Shown here piece after piece: positions 24,859 to 37,229 of a stretch of 64,000 nucleotides of DNA. Made by a program: the position numbers and the translations under genes. The stretch's first letter is position 1, and every line of letters starts with the position of its first letter. Location of the stretch: the NCBI GenBank assembly GCA_026770705.1, contig JANJGN010000009.1, positions 91,388,001 through 91,452,000 on the forward strand, written 5' to 3'. This DNA comes from Isurus oxyrinchus (Eukaryota). A model generated the notes under the pieces. That model saw only the letters and a program-made list of their open reading frames with translations. It searched no databases and had not been told where the DNA came from.

Positions 24859-25229
24859 ATCTGGGTCCACCAAATGAAAAATCAGTAAAAACTGGGAAAT
24901 AAGTAAACTGGTCTTGTATGCCTTAAAATGGAACACCAGTAAAGACTGGGAAATAAGAGTACCGGTTCGAAATGGATCCAAAAGGATGCTGTGCATAAAA
25001 TTCCCGCAGAGCAGAATCCCTGCCAGTTCCAGCAGGGGATTAGGAAAACCCACCCATGGAAAGTCCTTGTCTTTTACCACACAATCTATTAAGGTACCAT
25101 TTGAATTTGGAACACTGCAGGGCTATTGTACAAAAGCATTACTTCAACCACTTGCAGTTGAAACAAAATTTAACTTTACAAGGGTAAGCATGACGTAAAC
25201 TAAATGGTCCAATGTCCAAGGGGCTTCAG

Positions 25230-25850
25230 AAACAGAGACCTCCGGGGGGAATACACAAGTCTTTGAAGATGGCAAGACACGTTGATGAGGTTGTTATAAT
25301 GGAATATGAGGCCTTTGGCTTTATTAATGGAGGCATATAGAGCTGAAAAGCAAGGGAACTGTACTAAACCTTTATAAATCATTGGTTAGGCCTCAGAGTA
25401 TTCTAGCCAATTCTGTGCACCACACTTTTGGAAGGATATGGAAGCCTTGGAGAGAGACCAGAGGAGATTTGCTCGAATTGTGCCAGGGATAGAGGACTTG
25501 GATCTTGTGGAAAGAAGCTGGGGTTGTCCGCCTTAGAGCAGAAAAGGTTAAGTGGAGATTTAATAGAATTGTTCAAAGTGATGAAACCGATGTAGCAGAA
25601 ATTGTTTACACTGTCAGGAGGATCAGTAACCAGAGAAGACAAATTTAAGATGATTAGCAAAAGAAGCAGGGGGAGATGAGGAGAGTTTTTTTTCATGCGA
25701 TGGGTTGTTATGATCTACAAAAGATGGTGGAAACAGCTTCAATAGTGACGTTCAGAAGGGAATGGGATTTAAAAAGAAGCCAAAAGGTTTACAGGTCCAG
25801 AGAAAGGATAGAATAGTTAGAATTAATTGAACAGTCCTTTCAAAGAGCCA
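25230..25850 (+). mobile_element. Old CR1 3' fragment
   Basis: gttaggcctcag...gagcagaaaaggttaagtggagatttaatag (RLRGDLIE-like). Confidence 0.75.
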
Positions 25851-27559
25851 TGCAGTTGTCCCAGGTTAGGGGCAACAGTTTTATTAATGAACTTCCATGA
25901 GGAACTGAACACAAAAGTTGAGGAGGGGTAGGAAGAAAAGGCCAGAAGGGTAGCAGCATTTATTTGAGGCAGTGTTACAATGCCAGAAAACAAGAAGTTA
26001 AACAGGGAAGTGAGCCAATTCTTCCAGATTGAGCATGTCACGTTCTTGGAATTATATTACAGGCTGCTGAAAAAAGGAGTGGAATTTATAATTAAATCAA
26101 AGAGGGAGTGCATATTAGATTTGTCCCACAAGATTGTACACTTAAGTTCTGTATTAGCTGGAGATTTTTAGTTGTTTGTTATGTATTTAAAAACAGTTTG
26201 AGAACTCAGGATATCCCAAAGCACTTTACAGCCAATGAAGTACTTATGAAGTGTAGTCACTGTCATAATATCAGAAAAGTTGTGGTGGAAAAAAGCTGTT
26301 TTCTTCCTTCCAATGTGATTAGCGTTGTTTTCACACTTAGCATCATTAATTTTTTTCCTTGAAAACATGATGTTATATGAAACAACATTATGCAAAACAT
26401 AATCTCACGTGGATGCAATGTTATAAACAAGGGTTACGCTCTAGAGGAAGGCTTTTAGAATATACATTTCCTTACAAACATATAAATTAATATTGTAAAG
26501 TTAAGAAAATGTAGAAAACATCAACAATAAATTTATCCTAATGTGAGAAAGCTAGCCAAACATACAGCTTGGTTGCACACCAAGTGGTGAAGCCCTGTGT
26601 CACTTTAGGGAATGGATGAGTGGTGCTGGAGGTGATTCAACTGGAGATTGGGAGGACAGCTGAAGCCAACCAAGATGGTGATGGGAGATAACTGCTGTCT
26701 TGCATGGTCCACCTGACTGCAATTTTGGTGTACAAGTAGGCACGGCACACACTCCACCAATCTATACAAGGTGATGTTTAACCAGCGATCTTTAAAGGGG
26801 CCACTATAGGAAAGTGCTAACCGGGGCCAGCACAAGTTAAAACTTGAGCTGCTATTAGTCTGTCTAAGGCTCATAGCCACCTTATAAGGTTGCCTGCTCC
26901 CCGCCTCCCTCGAAAGTCAACTCTTGAAGGCTAAACATTGCACGGGTTCAGGCATGTAAATGATGTTAACGTGAAACAGCAACACAATGCAAATGCAGTG
27001 TACTAATTGGAGAGTGATGCTAATGTGAAATGACATTGCACAGGGTGACGTTAAGCCAGGATTTTTCTGCAACATGTTCCTCCTCCCACAGGGAAGGAAA
27101 CAATAGATGGTTTGGGTCTCGGCAGAAATTGTGCAAGTAAGCAGCATTAAGGGGACATTCAGAAGCCAACACCTACAATATGATTCAGCGAATGGAAAAA
27201 TAGAAAAGAGAAGAGAAGAGTTAAAAACAAGGCATACAGCTGAAAAAGGAGAGCAAATTTTAGTGAGATCATGAAATGGAAGGAAAAACTAGCAATTAGA
27301 ATCAGAGATCAGCAATGTGAACAATTTAAACAAGAGAAGAAATAATCACAAATGTAGTGTGTTGCAGTGTGGAGAAAAGATAAGTGTGTTGAAGGCTAGG
27401 TTTGCACGCCTGAATAGAGGGGTTAGAACATGATTGAAATGAGCAAATGGAGTAGTTTGTGCTTAGGGAGCAGGTGTTGAAATGAAAACAAAGATAAACA
27501 CAACATAAGAAAATTACAAAAGGGAGCTTACATAGACTGGGAGGAAGAATGAGAGGAAA

Positions 27560-28290
27560 AAATAGCAAAACAGAGAGAGGGCATTAAAAAGGCTTTCTAT
27601 CGGCATGTTATAGGCAAAGGGTGGACAGAGTCTAGATAAATTCAGCAAGAGATGAAGGAGGCAGGTTTGTGGTGGACAGTGTGGGAATGGCAGAGATTCT
27701 AAATAGTCAGTGGGGTTGTAGAGCCATCAAAGGTAAGTGGTGAAAAGTTAGTGAAGCTTTGTGTTCAAAAGAAAATGATATGTGTAAAATTGTTTGAAGG
27801 AACATCAGGAAAGAAAATGCATTTTGTTATGTATAGATATTTCCGGTTATATGGATGCCCTCCTTGTTTTCAACTCTTCTTTTCACTTTTCTGTTTTTCC
27901 ATTCGCTCAATCACATTTGATAAAGTAAGAGACTTATTACAGAGATAATGGTATATGGAATTAAAGGGAATGTGGCTATTTGGCTAGACGGCCGGATTCA
28001 AAGAGTAGAGATTCCAGCAAGGCTGTCAGACTAGTGAATGATGGGGTTTGCTTTGGGACCACTTATTTATTGTATGAAATGAGGGAACAAAATCAAAGTT
28101 TGTCGATGATATCAAATTGTAGCATGAAACACTACAGGAGGACAAAGACCATCTAGCAGGATGAACAGCCTGTACACAACAGTATAACACATTCTGGAAA
28201 GTAGAATGCAGAACAACTTTTAATTATATAGAACAGAGGGACTTTGATGTGCAGGGACATGTATATTAAAGGGAGCAGCAAAAATAAATC
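27560..28290 (+). mobile_element. Highly decayed CR1 ORF2 fragment
   Basis: AFDKV- and KFVDDIKL-like remnants (catttgataaagta, aagtttgtcgatgatatcaaattg). Confidence 0.55.
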
Positions 28291-28309
28291 AGGTTATTAT
28301 CCTCAGATA

Positions 28310-28735
28310 ATGAAGCAGTTCATGCCTGCATGATGCAAGACCTGGACAACATTTAGCTGCTAAATGGCATGTAACATTTGTATTGCACAAATGCTGGTAA
28401 TGACTGTGTCCAACAAGAGTCCAACCACCTGCCCCTGACATTCAATTGCATTACTGAATCCTTCATCATTAATATCCTGGGAGGTTACCATTGATCAGAA
28501 ACTGAACTGGACCAGCCATATAAATACTGTGGCTACAAGAGCAGGTCAGAAGCTAGGAATCCCACAGCAAGTAATCCACCTCCTGACGCCCCAAAGCCTA
28601 TCCACCATCTACAAGGCACAAGTCAGGAGTGTATTGGAATATTCTCCACTTGCCTGGATGAGTGCAGTTACAACAACACTCAAGAAGATTGACATTATCC
28701 AGGATCCAGGACAAAGCAGTCCTGCCCACCACCTT
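28310..28735 (+). mobile_element. Family B LINE, 5' piece (interrupted by CR1 at about 28740)
   Basis: ATRAGQKLGI...IYKAQVRSVLEYSPLAW; resumes at about 31546. Confidence 0.85.
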
Positions 28736-28739
28736 AACC

Positions 28740-31545
28740 ATGGTTTCAGAGAGGGCTTTAAACTAAATAGTGGGGGGAAGGGATCATGAGAGAGAAGATG
28801 TGGTAAATCAGAGGGAAACAACGAGGTATTAGAGCGGGGTAATGATAATCAGAGTGTAACAGGAAAGGACAAAGTGTATAAGCTAATAGCGCACCAGCGG
28901 ATAAGGCCAGAGATTGCAAAATGGTAAAAAGGCAGGCAGAGTTAAAGGCTCTGTATCTGAATGCACAAAGCATTTATAACAAGCTAGATGTAGGACCTGA
29001 TAGCCATTGCAGACATGGATGCAAAGTGACAAAGGCTGGGACCTGAAAATTGAAGATAATTGACATTTTGAAAATACAGGAAACTAGGAAAAGGTGGTAG
29101 GCTAGCTCTGTTATTTAAGGTGTCATTAGTACAGTAGTTAGAGATGACCTTAGCTCAAAAGAGCAAGATGTAGAATAAGGTTTGATAGAGATAAGAAATA
29201 GGTAAGGTAGGGGGTTGCTTGTGGGAATAGTTTATAGGCCCTCTTAACAGTAGTTACATTGTAGGACAGAGTATACAAGAAGAAATAACTGGGGTATGTA
29301 AGAAAGGTATTGCAATAATCATGAATGATTTTAATCTACATATTGATTGGATGAATCAGTTTGGCAAAGGTAGCCTGAAAAATTTGTCTATCGAGTGTTT
29401 GCGGGACAACTTAGAGAAGTACATTCTAGAGCCAAACAAGGAGTTACCTATTCTAGAGCTGGTAATGTGCAACGAGACAGGATTAATTAATAACCTCATG
29501 GTAAAAGAGCCTCTAGGTGACAGCGATCATAACATGGTTTTTTCATGTTCAGTTTGAAGGGGTGAATTGTGGGTCTAAGACTAGTGTTTTAAGCCAGGAT
29601 AAAGGTAACTATAAGGTATGAAGGTAGAGCTAGCAAAAGTGAAATGGGAAACTAGGTTAAAAAGTAGGGCAGTAGAGGTGCAGTGGCAGACTTTTAAGGA
29701 GATATTTATGAACTCTCAGCAAAGTTTTATCCCAGTGAGAGAGAAAGACTCTTTGAGAAGGCTGCATCACCTGTGGGTGAATAAGGAATTTAAGGATAGT
29801 ATCAAATGGAAAGAAACATTGTACAATTCTGCAGAAAAATAGTGGTAGGTTAGAAGATTGGTCGAATTTTAGGAACCTGCAAAGAACGACTAAAAAAAAC
29901 TAAAAAGGGAGAAAGTAGAGTAATAGAGAAAGCTAGCCAGAAGTATAGAAACAGATAGCAGGAGTTTATACAAATATTTAAATATGAAAAGGGTAACTAA
30001 AGCTCATGTTGGTCCTTTAGAGAGTGACTCTGGGGAATTCAAAATGGAAAACAAGGAAATGGTGGAGGCGTTGAACAGGTATTTTGTGTCTGTCTTCACT
30101 ACAGAAGACTTAGAAAGCTTCCCAAAGATACATGAAAATCACGAGGTCAAAGGGAGGCAGGAACTTTCACAATCACAGGGAAAATGTGTTACGAAAACAA
30201 TTAGACCTAAAGGCTGACAAATCCCCAGGGCCTGATGGCCTGCATCCTCAGGTCTTAAAAGAAGTGGCTGCAGAAATAATAGGAGCATTGCTTATAATCT
30301 TCCAAAATGCCTCAGATTCTGGAATGGTCCCAGTGGATTGGAAAATAGCAAATGTGACACTTTTATTCAAGAAGACGGAGACAGGAAGCAGTTAGACTAA
30401 CATCAGGGAAATTGCTAGAATCTATTGTTAAGGAGGTTATAGCAGAATGCTTATAAAATCAGAATATGATCAGGCAGAGTCAACGTGATTTTGTGAAAGG
30501 GAAATTGTGTTTATCTAATTTATTAGAGTTTTTTGAGGAAGTAACAAACAAGGTGGATAAACAGGACCCTGCAGATGTGGTGTACCTGGATTTTCATAAG
30601 GCATTTGATAAGCTAAGGGCACATGGTGTAGGGGGTAACATATTATCATGGATAAAGGATTGCTTAGCTAATGGCAAGCAGAGAGTAGGAATAAATGGGT
30701 CTTTTTCGGGTTGGCAAGCTGTAATATTTGGCATGCCACAGGGATCAGTGCTGCATTAAACTATTTACAATCTATATCAATGACTTGGATGGCAGGACAG
30801 AGAGTGTGTATGAAAAGCAGTATATTATTTAAATGACAGATTGCAGAACTCGATGGTACAGAGGCATCAGGGTGTCCGGATACATGAAGCAAATAAAGTC
30901 AATATGCATGTACAGGAAGTGATTAGGAAGGCAAATGGAATTTTGTCATTTATTGCAAGGGGAATAGAATATAAAGGTAGGGAAGTTTTACTGAAGCTGT
31001 ACAGGGCCTTGGTGAGACCACTTCTGCAGTATTGTGTATAGCTTTGGTCTCTCATTTAAAAGAGGATATAATTGCATTCAAAATGGTTCAGAAAATGCTC
31101 AGTCAACTCATTCCTAGATGAAGAAAGTTGAACAGGTTGGGCCTATACCCATTGGAGTTTAGAAGAATCAGAGATGATTTTATTGAAATGTATAAGATCC
31201 TGAGGCAACTTGACAGGGCGGATACCGGAAGGATTTTTCCTCTTGTGGGGGAGACAAGAACTAGAATAAGAGGTCTTCTTTTAGTATGGAGATGAGGAGA
31301 ATTTTTTTTCTCTCAAGAGGGCGGTTAGTCTGTGAAATTCTCTTCCCAGTAAGTAGTGGAGTATGGTCTCTGATTTTATTCAAGCCTGAGTTAGACAAAT
31401 TTTTGATAGACAAGAGAGTCAAGGGTTATGGGGGGCAGACAGGAAAGTGGAGTGGAGACCACAACCAGAACAACCAGTGGCTTATTGAATGGCAAAGCTG
31501 CCTTGAAGGGCTGAATAATCTATTCGTGCTCCTAAGTCCTATGTT
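28740..31545 (+). mobile_element. Long CR1 (end of ORF1, then ORF2 endonuclease and RT), decayed
   Basis: LYLNAQS, DFNLHIDW, PLGDSDHNM, SPGPDGLHP, VYLDFHKAFDK, GMPQGSVL, 3' UTR. Confidence 0.92.
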
Positions 31546-31912
31546 CCTATCCATTCTCACCACTGTTGTAGAAGCAATGTATACCATATACAAGATGCAC
31601 TACAGTAACTCACCAATCCTCCTTCAACAGCATCTTCCATATCTGTGACCTCTACCATTTAGAAGGACAAGGTCAGCAGATGCATTGGAACACCACCACC
31701 TGAAAGCTCCCCTCCAAGCCACTCACCCTGGGAAATATATCACCGTTCCTTCACTGTCACTGGATCAAAATCCTGGAACTCCTGCCCCAAAAGCATGGTG
31801 GGTGTACCTTGCACCAGATAAACTTAACTGTTCAAGAACATGGCTCTCAAGGGCAATTAGGGATGGGCAACAAATTGGCTTTGCCAGCGATGCCCCTGAA
31901 TGATTAAAAAAA
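31546..31912 (+). mobile_element. Family B LINE, 3' piece with tail
   Basis: YTIYKMHYSNSP continuation; ends AAGGGCAATTAGGGATGGGCAACAAA...A-rich. Confidence 0.85.
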
Positions 31913-32711
31913 GACAGAGGATGTTAAGACTCTGGGTAATAACCAATAGGTTGAAGCCTCTTGTGGGGCTTGCTCACTTTTAAAGGCAACTTCTTGAGGG
32001 CTCTGGTGGTGGAAAGGGTTGTAGAATTGCCACCTCCAATTAGTTGTGTCTCATCATGTGACCTCCAATCCTCATGCACCCCTCTTCTCCTTGATCACCA
32101 ACATGTCTGTCCTAGCAAAGTACTGTTTCCTTGCTCCAATTGGAAAGCCAACAGATTCCTCATTAACTAATTGGATGAGTCACGACTGTCAGTCAAACAG
32201 CCTTCTTTTCTGACCTCAGATATGTTTTAATGCCCTTATGATTGTTCTCCTGGTAACTGTGTGGGAGATTAATCTTTATTCCTTGGATGCTCCAGGAAGT
32301 TATGGGAAGATTGCTAACCACAAAGGATAGGGGATAGAGGAGAGTGGAGGTGAACACATATGGACCTGAGTGACTCTTCTCATCCAGATTATGTACATTT
32401 CAAAAACTGTGTAAGAGTGAAGGCCACTCTGGTCTGTCAGACCGCAGCTTGAATACTCCCTCCAGGGATAAATGACTAAAAGCTTGGTGAAACCCAAAGT
32501 AGTGCAACAGTAAGTGTGCAGTGGTTAAATGGACTGTTTTGAGGTGTTGTGTGTGGTGTGCAGTGCTGGGAGAGAAAGCTCTCTATATTTGGTTCAGCGA
32601 GGGACTGAAAAGGCACAGTGAGTCCTCAAACATCCCTTTCATCTCCAGGATCTGTGTTTGAATTTTGCCCATAATAATAACCAACAATAACGTGCACTCA
32701 CATAGCCTCTG

Positions 32712-33170
32712 TAACAACAACTTATATCTATATAGCACCTTTAAAGTAATTAAATGATCCAAGGCACTTCACAGGAGCATTCTAAAACAAAATGTGATAC
32801 TGAGCCATGTAAGAAGATATTAGATTAGATAATTAAAAACTCGGGGTAACAATTTTCCAGTCTTGCCAGCGGCAAACTGACTTTTGGCAGCTCCCCAAAT
32901 GTTTCTGTCCCTCTCATGACGATGCTCGCCACTGGCAGGACTGAGAAATCCCTCCCTTGGTCAAAATCAGAGGTTTTAAGAAAGGTGTTAATTGAGGAAA
33001 GAGAAGCAGAGACAATGGAGTGAAACAATTAAAAATTGGGAATGCTAAATGGACCAGAATTACATGAGCCCAGGTATCTTGGTGAGTTGTGGAGTAGGAG
33101 CAGATTACAGAGAGAGAGAAGTGAAGCCTTTGAGGGGTCTGAAATCAAGTAAGGAGAAGAATTTAAAAAT
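32712..33170 (-). mobile_element. L2 3' fragment with a small insert (about 32845-32956)
   Basis: caacaacttatatctatatagcacctttaa tail, as at 16432. Confidence 0.7.
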
Positions 33171-33834
33171 TGGCCGAAAATGCTCATTCCAATTACTATA
33201 GGGTCTGCGGAGTTATAAAATGCAGATTAATGCTGTGTTCATTTACAGGAGTGTCGTGTCTGTGTGGAGTGAGCTGTGGCTCTGTGCTCGTTTTCCTTTC
33301 TCTAAATCTGAAGGTGACAGGTTTGAGGTCCACTCCAGACAGTCACTGTAAGTGGGTCTCTGAATACTGGATGAGATCTGGTAGGGTACTTGAGTCTAAT
33401 TGGAGTGGAATAATAATCCTTCCTCCCCCCACCATCCTTCCAAATGTATCTAGCAGGCTTCCTGGGAGGGAGTTGTAAATCGAGAAACCTGCTCACGAAT
33501 GAAAGGTACTGATAGGGGAAAGTGCTAGGCTGTAAGGTCAGTGAAAGAACTGGGTTGTCTCATGCTGTGGGGCACAAGAAATGTCTGAGTCAGGCGCAGG
33601 GGGTGCATTGAGCTTTGCTCTTGCCAAGTGGACCCCACAAGATTCAACTGAGTGGGATCATCAGCCTGCATTTACAGAGCAAGTTCACACAGACTTATAT
33701 TTCTATGGATCTTGATTGTCATTCATCCATGAAGCCTGGGCTTGTTTGCAGTCTGGAACACAAAGAGGGCAGATGAAAACATGTTATTAGCTGCTCTCCT
33801 TCAGTCTTGTATACCCGAAGGGAGCAGCTAGCTG

Positions 33835-34180
33835 TAATATAAGAACATAATAAATAGGAGTAGGAGTCGATCTTTTCACCCTTGGAGCTTGCCCGCCCAC
33901 TCAACAAGATAATGGTTGACTTTTGACCTCAACTTTACTTTCTCATGTCCCTTGATTCTCTTCTCCAAAAACTAATTGATCTCTGTCTTGAATATACTTA
34001 ACAGTTGAGCAGCCACAGCTTTCTGGGGGTAGAAAATTCTGAATATTCACTGGTCTGAGTGAAGAGATTTCTCCTCATCTCAGTCCTAAATAGCTGATTC
34101 CTTATCCTGGAGCAACCACGGAAAACAGCTTCTCACCATCTACCCTGCGGAGCCCTCTCAGAATCTCATATGCTTCAACA
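33835..34180 (-). mobile_element. CR1 3' fragment
   Basis: aagaacataa...aataggagtaggagt...atttctcctcatctcagtcc, as at 3268-3560. Confidence 0.8.
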
Positions 34181-34402
34181 ACACAACCAGGTGCCACAAA
34201 GACCACATCTCTGGGCTTCGCTACATATTTCTGAGGCTGCGTTAATGAGTCTGTGTCCTTTAACACTCTCATTCTGTTAGTTTAGATCGTTTGCAATAGG
34301 TTCAAAAAAATGGACACTCTTCCCTGCTACATCAGGCTGCAAGAATCTCAAAGCTGAAAGAAATCAGAAAACTGCTGGAAGTACACATCCTCCTGATTTC
34401 TC

Positions 34403-34970
34403 AGCCATGGTGTATTTGGTAGCACTCTCAACTCTAAGTCAGACGATTGTTTTTGAAGATAAAAACAAAAAAACTGCGGATGCTGGAAATCCAAAACAAA
34501 AACAAAAACAGAATTACCTGGAAAAACTCAGGTCTGGCAGCATCGGCGGAGAAGAAAAGAGTTGACGTTTCGAGTCCTCATGACCCTTCGACAGAACTGT
34601 TGAATTGTTGTTGAAGTCCCACTCTAAATGCTTAGGCACAAGGAAGACCCTCAAGTGCAGTAATGAGTGAGTGCTGCACAAGTGCCATCTTCTGGATGAG
34701 ATGTTCAATCGAGGCACTATCTGCCCACTCAGGCAAGTGTGAAAGATCCCATGGCACTATCTGGAACAACTGGACAATGTTTATCCCTCATCCCAGAAAC
34801 AGATCATCTAATCATTATCACATCACTGTTTGTGGGAACTTGCTGTGTGCAAACTGGTTGCCACATTTCCTACATTACAACAGTGACTGCACTTCAAAAG
34901 TGGCTGTAAAATGTCGAGATGCTCTGTGCTGTGAAAGGTGCTACACAAATGCAAGTCCTTATTTCTTTAA
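34403..34970 (+). mobile_element. Deu-domain SINE split by a young Penelope fragment (34459-34603, minus strand)
   Basis: SINE head gtagcactctc...gtcaga, body gtgccatcttctggatgagatg...gatcccatggcactat, tail gtgaaaggtgctacacaaatgcaag. TSD ATTGTT(T/G)TTGAAG at 34446-34458 and 34604-34616. Confidence 0.88.
34560..34598 (-). ncRNA. Minimal type I hammerhead ribozyme-like motif (PLE-borne, CUGUCGA core)
   Basis: Reverse complement AGTT-CTGTCGA-A-GGGTC-ATGAG-GACTC-GAAAC-GTC-AACT: stem I, core, stem II hairpin, GAAA, palindromic ACGU stem III, GUC site. Confidence 0.7.
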
Positions 34971-35278
34971 TGAGGCTGGGTGTCAGCTGTTGTCTGATTG
35001 AGCTCTTGGATAAGCACATTGGCATGATTTACGGCACTAGAGGCGTTATGTAAATATAAAGTGTTATTGTTAATGCATTCTGTGCAGTCAATAAGCCATG
35101 AACGGTCTGTGATGTCCGCCATGGCTTTATTCCTGGAACACGGAATTTCAAACAGAGTGAAGAGCCTCCGTCAGTAATTAATAGCAGCCACGCGGTTTGC
35201 TCTATCTGGTCTGGAACATTAAGATCGATGACTCCCAAAACTGTAGCTCAAGAGAATAAATTGAATTGAAGAAAGGTT

Positions 35279-35302
35279 TATATACGTATATATATATATA
35301 TA
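35279..35302. repeat. (TA)n microsatellite at the start of il13ra1 intron 1
   Basis: tatatacgtatatatatatatata, about 30 nt from the exon 1 donor. Confidence 0.9.
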
Positions 35303-35331
35303 AAAGGTTGGAAAGGAAGGCGCACACTTAC

Positions 35332-35422
35332 CTGACAAGGCACAGCAGTTAAAGCCCTCAGTCCGGGAAATCAGCAAATAGGGCAGCGAGAGCAAAAACA
35401 GTGGGGGTAGCACTCCTGGCAT
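35332..35422 (-). CDS. il13ra1: IL-13 receptor alpha-1-like, exon 1 (signal peptide) MPGVLPPLFLLSLPYLLISRTEGFNCCALS
   Basis: ATG at 35422 with G at -3; a weaker in-frame ATG lies at 35446. Hydrophobic leader, phase-1 donor TCAG|gtaagt matching the phase-1 acceptor of the next exon, locally CpG-rich surroundings. Confidence 0.8.
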
Positions 35423-35750
35423 CTCGCACTTGGTCACCTCCCGCATTCAGCTTGTAGCCACTTTCCTTAGACGGGGTCTGATTCAATCTTTCCCCGATGG
35501 GCAGCGGGGTTCACACGCTCGGCTCAGTCCCCTACTCGATACCAGCTCTCAGCCTTCGCACTGTTTCCCAACCAGCGGAAGAATGTTTTCAAACATTAGT
35601 CATCCAGCACGTCACTGGGGTGTGGGAGGTTTGGAGGTTTTATCTAAACCGCGCTCAGCTATTCCTCATTTATTGTTTTGCTTTCAGGCTGTAACGCCCC
35701 AGCTCTTTCAACACGCATTGCAAAAACAATCTGCTACTAAATAAGTAAAC
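35423..35750 (-). promoter_or_regulatory. Probable 5' UTR and promoter of il13ra1-like gene
   Basis: Repeat-free and CpG-enriched relative to the rest of the window, immediately 5' of the ATG. TSS not determinable. Confidence 0.45.
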
Positions 35751-36009
35751 AAACTTCAAGATCAGTTTAAAACCAGTAAAACTTGGCAATGAATTCAGCT
35801 TATCTGAATTGATCTTGTATACCTTAAAGTGGAACTCCAGCATTACTGAGTTTTGCTGGGAGATGAAAATTTTGGACTGGTTTCTCCCTTCTGTGAAAAA
35901 TTGATAAATCTAACTACGTGTCCAGATATATTAATGGCACCTGGAACCTGGACTTTCCCTCAGAATGCAGCCAAGCCTGCTGTGCACATTTTGAAAACTT
36001 TATTCCTAA

Positions 36010-36365
36010 GACTTATCACTGCCAAGGCTGGTACTTATTGCCCTGAGAAGATGGCAGTGGGGTTTTTTTTCTTGAAGTTGTTTGATACAGAAGAAGCTGC
36101 CCAGAGGTTGTTCATAGTCAGCCAGGTTGAATGCGGGATTAAAGTCAAATAGGTGTCAGGCCAGGTTAAGGACAGCAGGTTTCCTTCCCAAAAGGACTTA
36201 CATGAACATGTCTTTTTCTGGTACATTGTTGCGGCAGCTCCCTGATCACTCTTTTTGAGACCAGCTCTTTCTTTCCAGTCTTATTCAAAACTCAATTCAA
36301 ATTCTCAAATTGGAAATTGAATTCACATGTTCTGGGTTACTAGTCCAGCATTACATCACCATACC
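36010..36365 (-). mobile_element. tRNA-headed SINE, decayed
   Basis: ggccaggttaaggacagcaggtttccttcccaaaagga...ttactagtccagc. Confidence 0.65.
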
Positions 36366-36869
36366 CGCCACCCCACTCCACCCAGCTTAACCAGATAACA
36401 CTGCCTGTCACTCCACTGGGCTGATGAAGGCCAGAGTCGGTGATTCTCCTGTGAGAATTCTAAAGACCCACAACAACAACTTGAGATTGCTACAAGAAGC
36501 CAAACCCAGGAACCTGAATGAAAAGAGACGAATATTTTAAATGAGTTTGGCTTAACCCAGTCTCCAAAAAGCTCACAACTGCATGTAAAAATGAATAGTT
36601 TCACAGCCTTTGTAACCGTAGTGAGGTCAAACATTGCTTTACTTATATAGGCACAAACAAAACAATGTAAGTGACTGTCTAAAGGAGAATATTCCAAAGT
36701 TGAAGGTATAAAATTGGCCAGGCATCTCTAAAAGGGTCTAGTTTCAGGCTTGCTCTGAAGATTCAGATATTCAGATATTGTTTTAGTTAAAATGGGTGCA
36801 TTCTGATTCTTTTGCACTTGACAATTAATTGATTTTATTTAAAAAAAACAGGAAAGGCAAAGTGACACT

Positions 36870-37229
36870 GGTTTTTGTGACTCTGTCACATGAGCAGGGA
36901 CACGTTATAAATGAGATTTAAACATTTTTGTTTGTAATTCCTGTTGGAAACCTCATCCCGACTGTGGATCAGGTTTCATAAAAAATCCAAAGGCCGCTTG
37001 GCCTTTCAGCCCGCCCACTAACCAAATGGTTGGACGGGTAGCGAAAAATCCGATTTAATTAATTGGTTAAGGGCATTAATATGCCTCTTAACTGTCGATT
37101 GGCTCCCTGCCACCTCTTGCACATGCCTGCTGAGTGAAATATTGCAAGTGTGTGCAATGACATTGGGATGCTCGGCAATGTCATCACACACTATTTTACT
37201 CTGTTCAGTCAAGAGAAAAATTCTGTCCT
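36870..37229. mobile_element. Partial Harbinger MITE
   Basis: Ends AAAATTCTGTCC; collinear with 9650-9937. Confidence 0.75.

Noticed and set aside
27180-27600. Purine-rich strand-biased tract
   Set aside because: Low complexity with no periodicity; adjacent to decayed CR1 and probably part of it.
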